A stretch of 64,000 nucleotides of DNA, from the NCBI GenBank assembly GCA_026770705.1, contig JANJGN010000010.1:122698001-122762000 (forward strand). The letters are read 5' to 3'. Below, piece after piece: positions 63,442 to 64,000 of this stretch; position 1 is the first letter of the stretch, and each line of letters starts with the position of its first letter. The notes beneath the pieces are model-generated. The model worked only from the letters and a program-made list of their open reading frames with translations, was not told the DNA's origin and did no database searches. This DNA is from Isurus oxyrinchus. Lineage: Eukaryota. The position numbers and the translations under genes are program-made.

Positions 63442-64000
63442 CACCAAGTCGGTCGTGCCTGCCCGTCAAGGGCAAAATTCTGCCCATGGTCTTACTGGAT
63501 GGCAGAGTAGGCTCGAGGGGATGAATGGCCTATTCCTGCTCCTATGTCTTGTGTTCATATGAGGAGGAATGAAATCAAAGGATATACTGATAGGGTTAGA
63601 CAAACAGGGGTGGCAGGAGACCACATGTGGAGCGTAAACACCAGCATGGGCCTGTTGAACCTACTGGCCTATTTCTATGCCGTAGACTCTGCACAACACT
63701 TTGGTTAAAGTGTCATTTAAATTGCAGATGTCTGGTCAACCCCCAGTCTAGCTACCTGCACATAGCTTAGCTGTAACTGATGTGAATAGTTATGATCGTG
63801 AGATGACCACAGAAAAATGCATCCAATCAGCCGACTGCATTTCAGGTGAGCTTTGCACATATGTCAGAAAATCTGGAAAAAATTGAATTTGACCCCAAGT
63901 ACAGTCCACAGCCTATCTTAATAACATCAGTATGATGTTATGGCCTAAAAATAAGATTGTGCCACCCTCAGTGCCCCATTATAAAAAAAGCAAGTTACAA

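Larger units (their letters stand above)
55401..63485. mobile_element. Harbinger transposon copy B, both TIRs intact, interrupted by a Penelope
   Basis: TIRs GGGCAGAATTTT / AAAATTCTGCCC; TSD ATG (55398-55400, 63486-63488); convergent transposase and Myb/SANT genes. Confidence 0.93.

Overview
Eukaryotic, transposon-dense vertebrate DNA. The repeat mix (CR1, L2, RTE and L1 LINEs, Penelope elements, Harbinger transposons with MITEs, tRNA-derived SINEs) points to a cartilaginous fish (shark); this is inference, not a database result. Only one host coding exon is recognisable: a 125-bp minus-strand exon (34007-34131) encoding the N-terminus of a calneuron (CALN1/CaBP8-like) protein, inside a CpG island. 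Positions 1-34006 are therefore probably intronic. The rest is mostly decayed, often nested mobile elements: two Gypsy LTR elements with target-site duplications, four two-gene Harbinger elements or remnants, four Harbinger MITEs, a near full-length Penelope, and several Penelope ends with minimal hammerhead-ribozyme motifs. Highlights: (1) an LTR element whose RT/RNaseH/integrase is replaced by a UACA/RAI14-like coiled-coil ORF; (2) Penelope-derived hairpin insertions with a variant hammerhead core (CUGUUGA); (3) a LINE that appears to start with a tRNA-derived SINE head; (4) a 185-bp inverted duplication bracketing a MITE. Boundaries of old repeats are approximate and all similarities were judged by eye.
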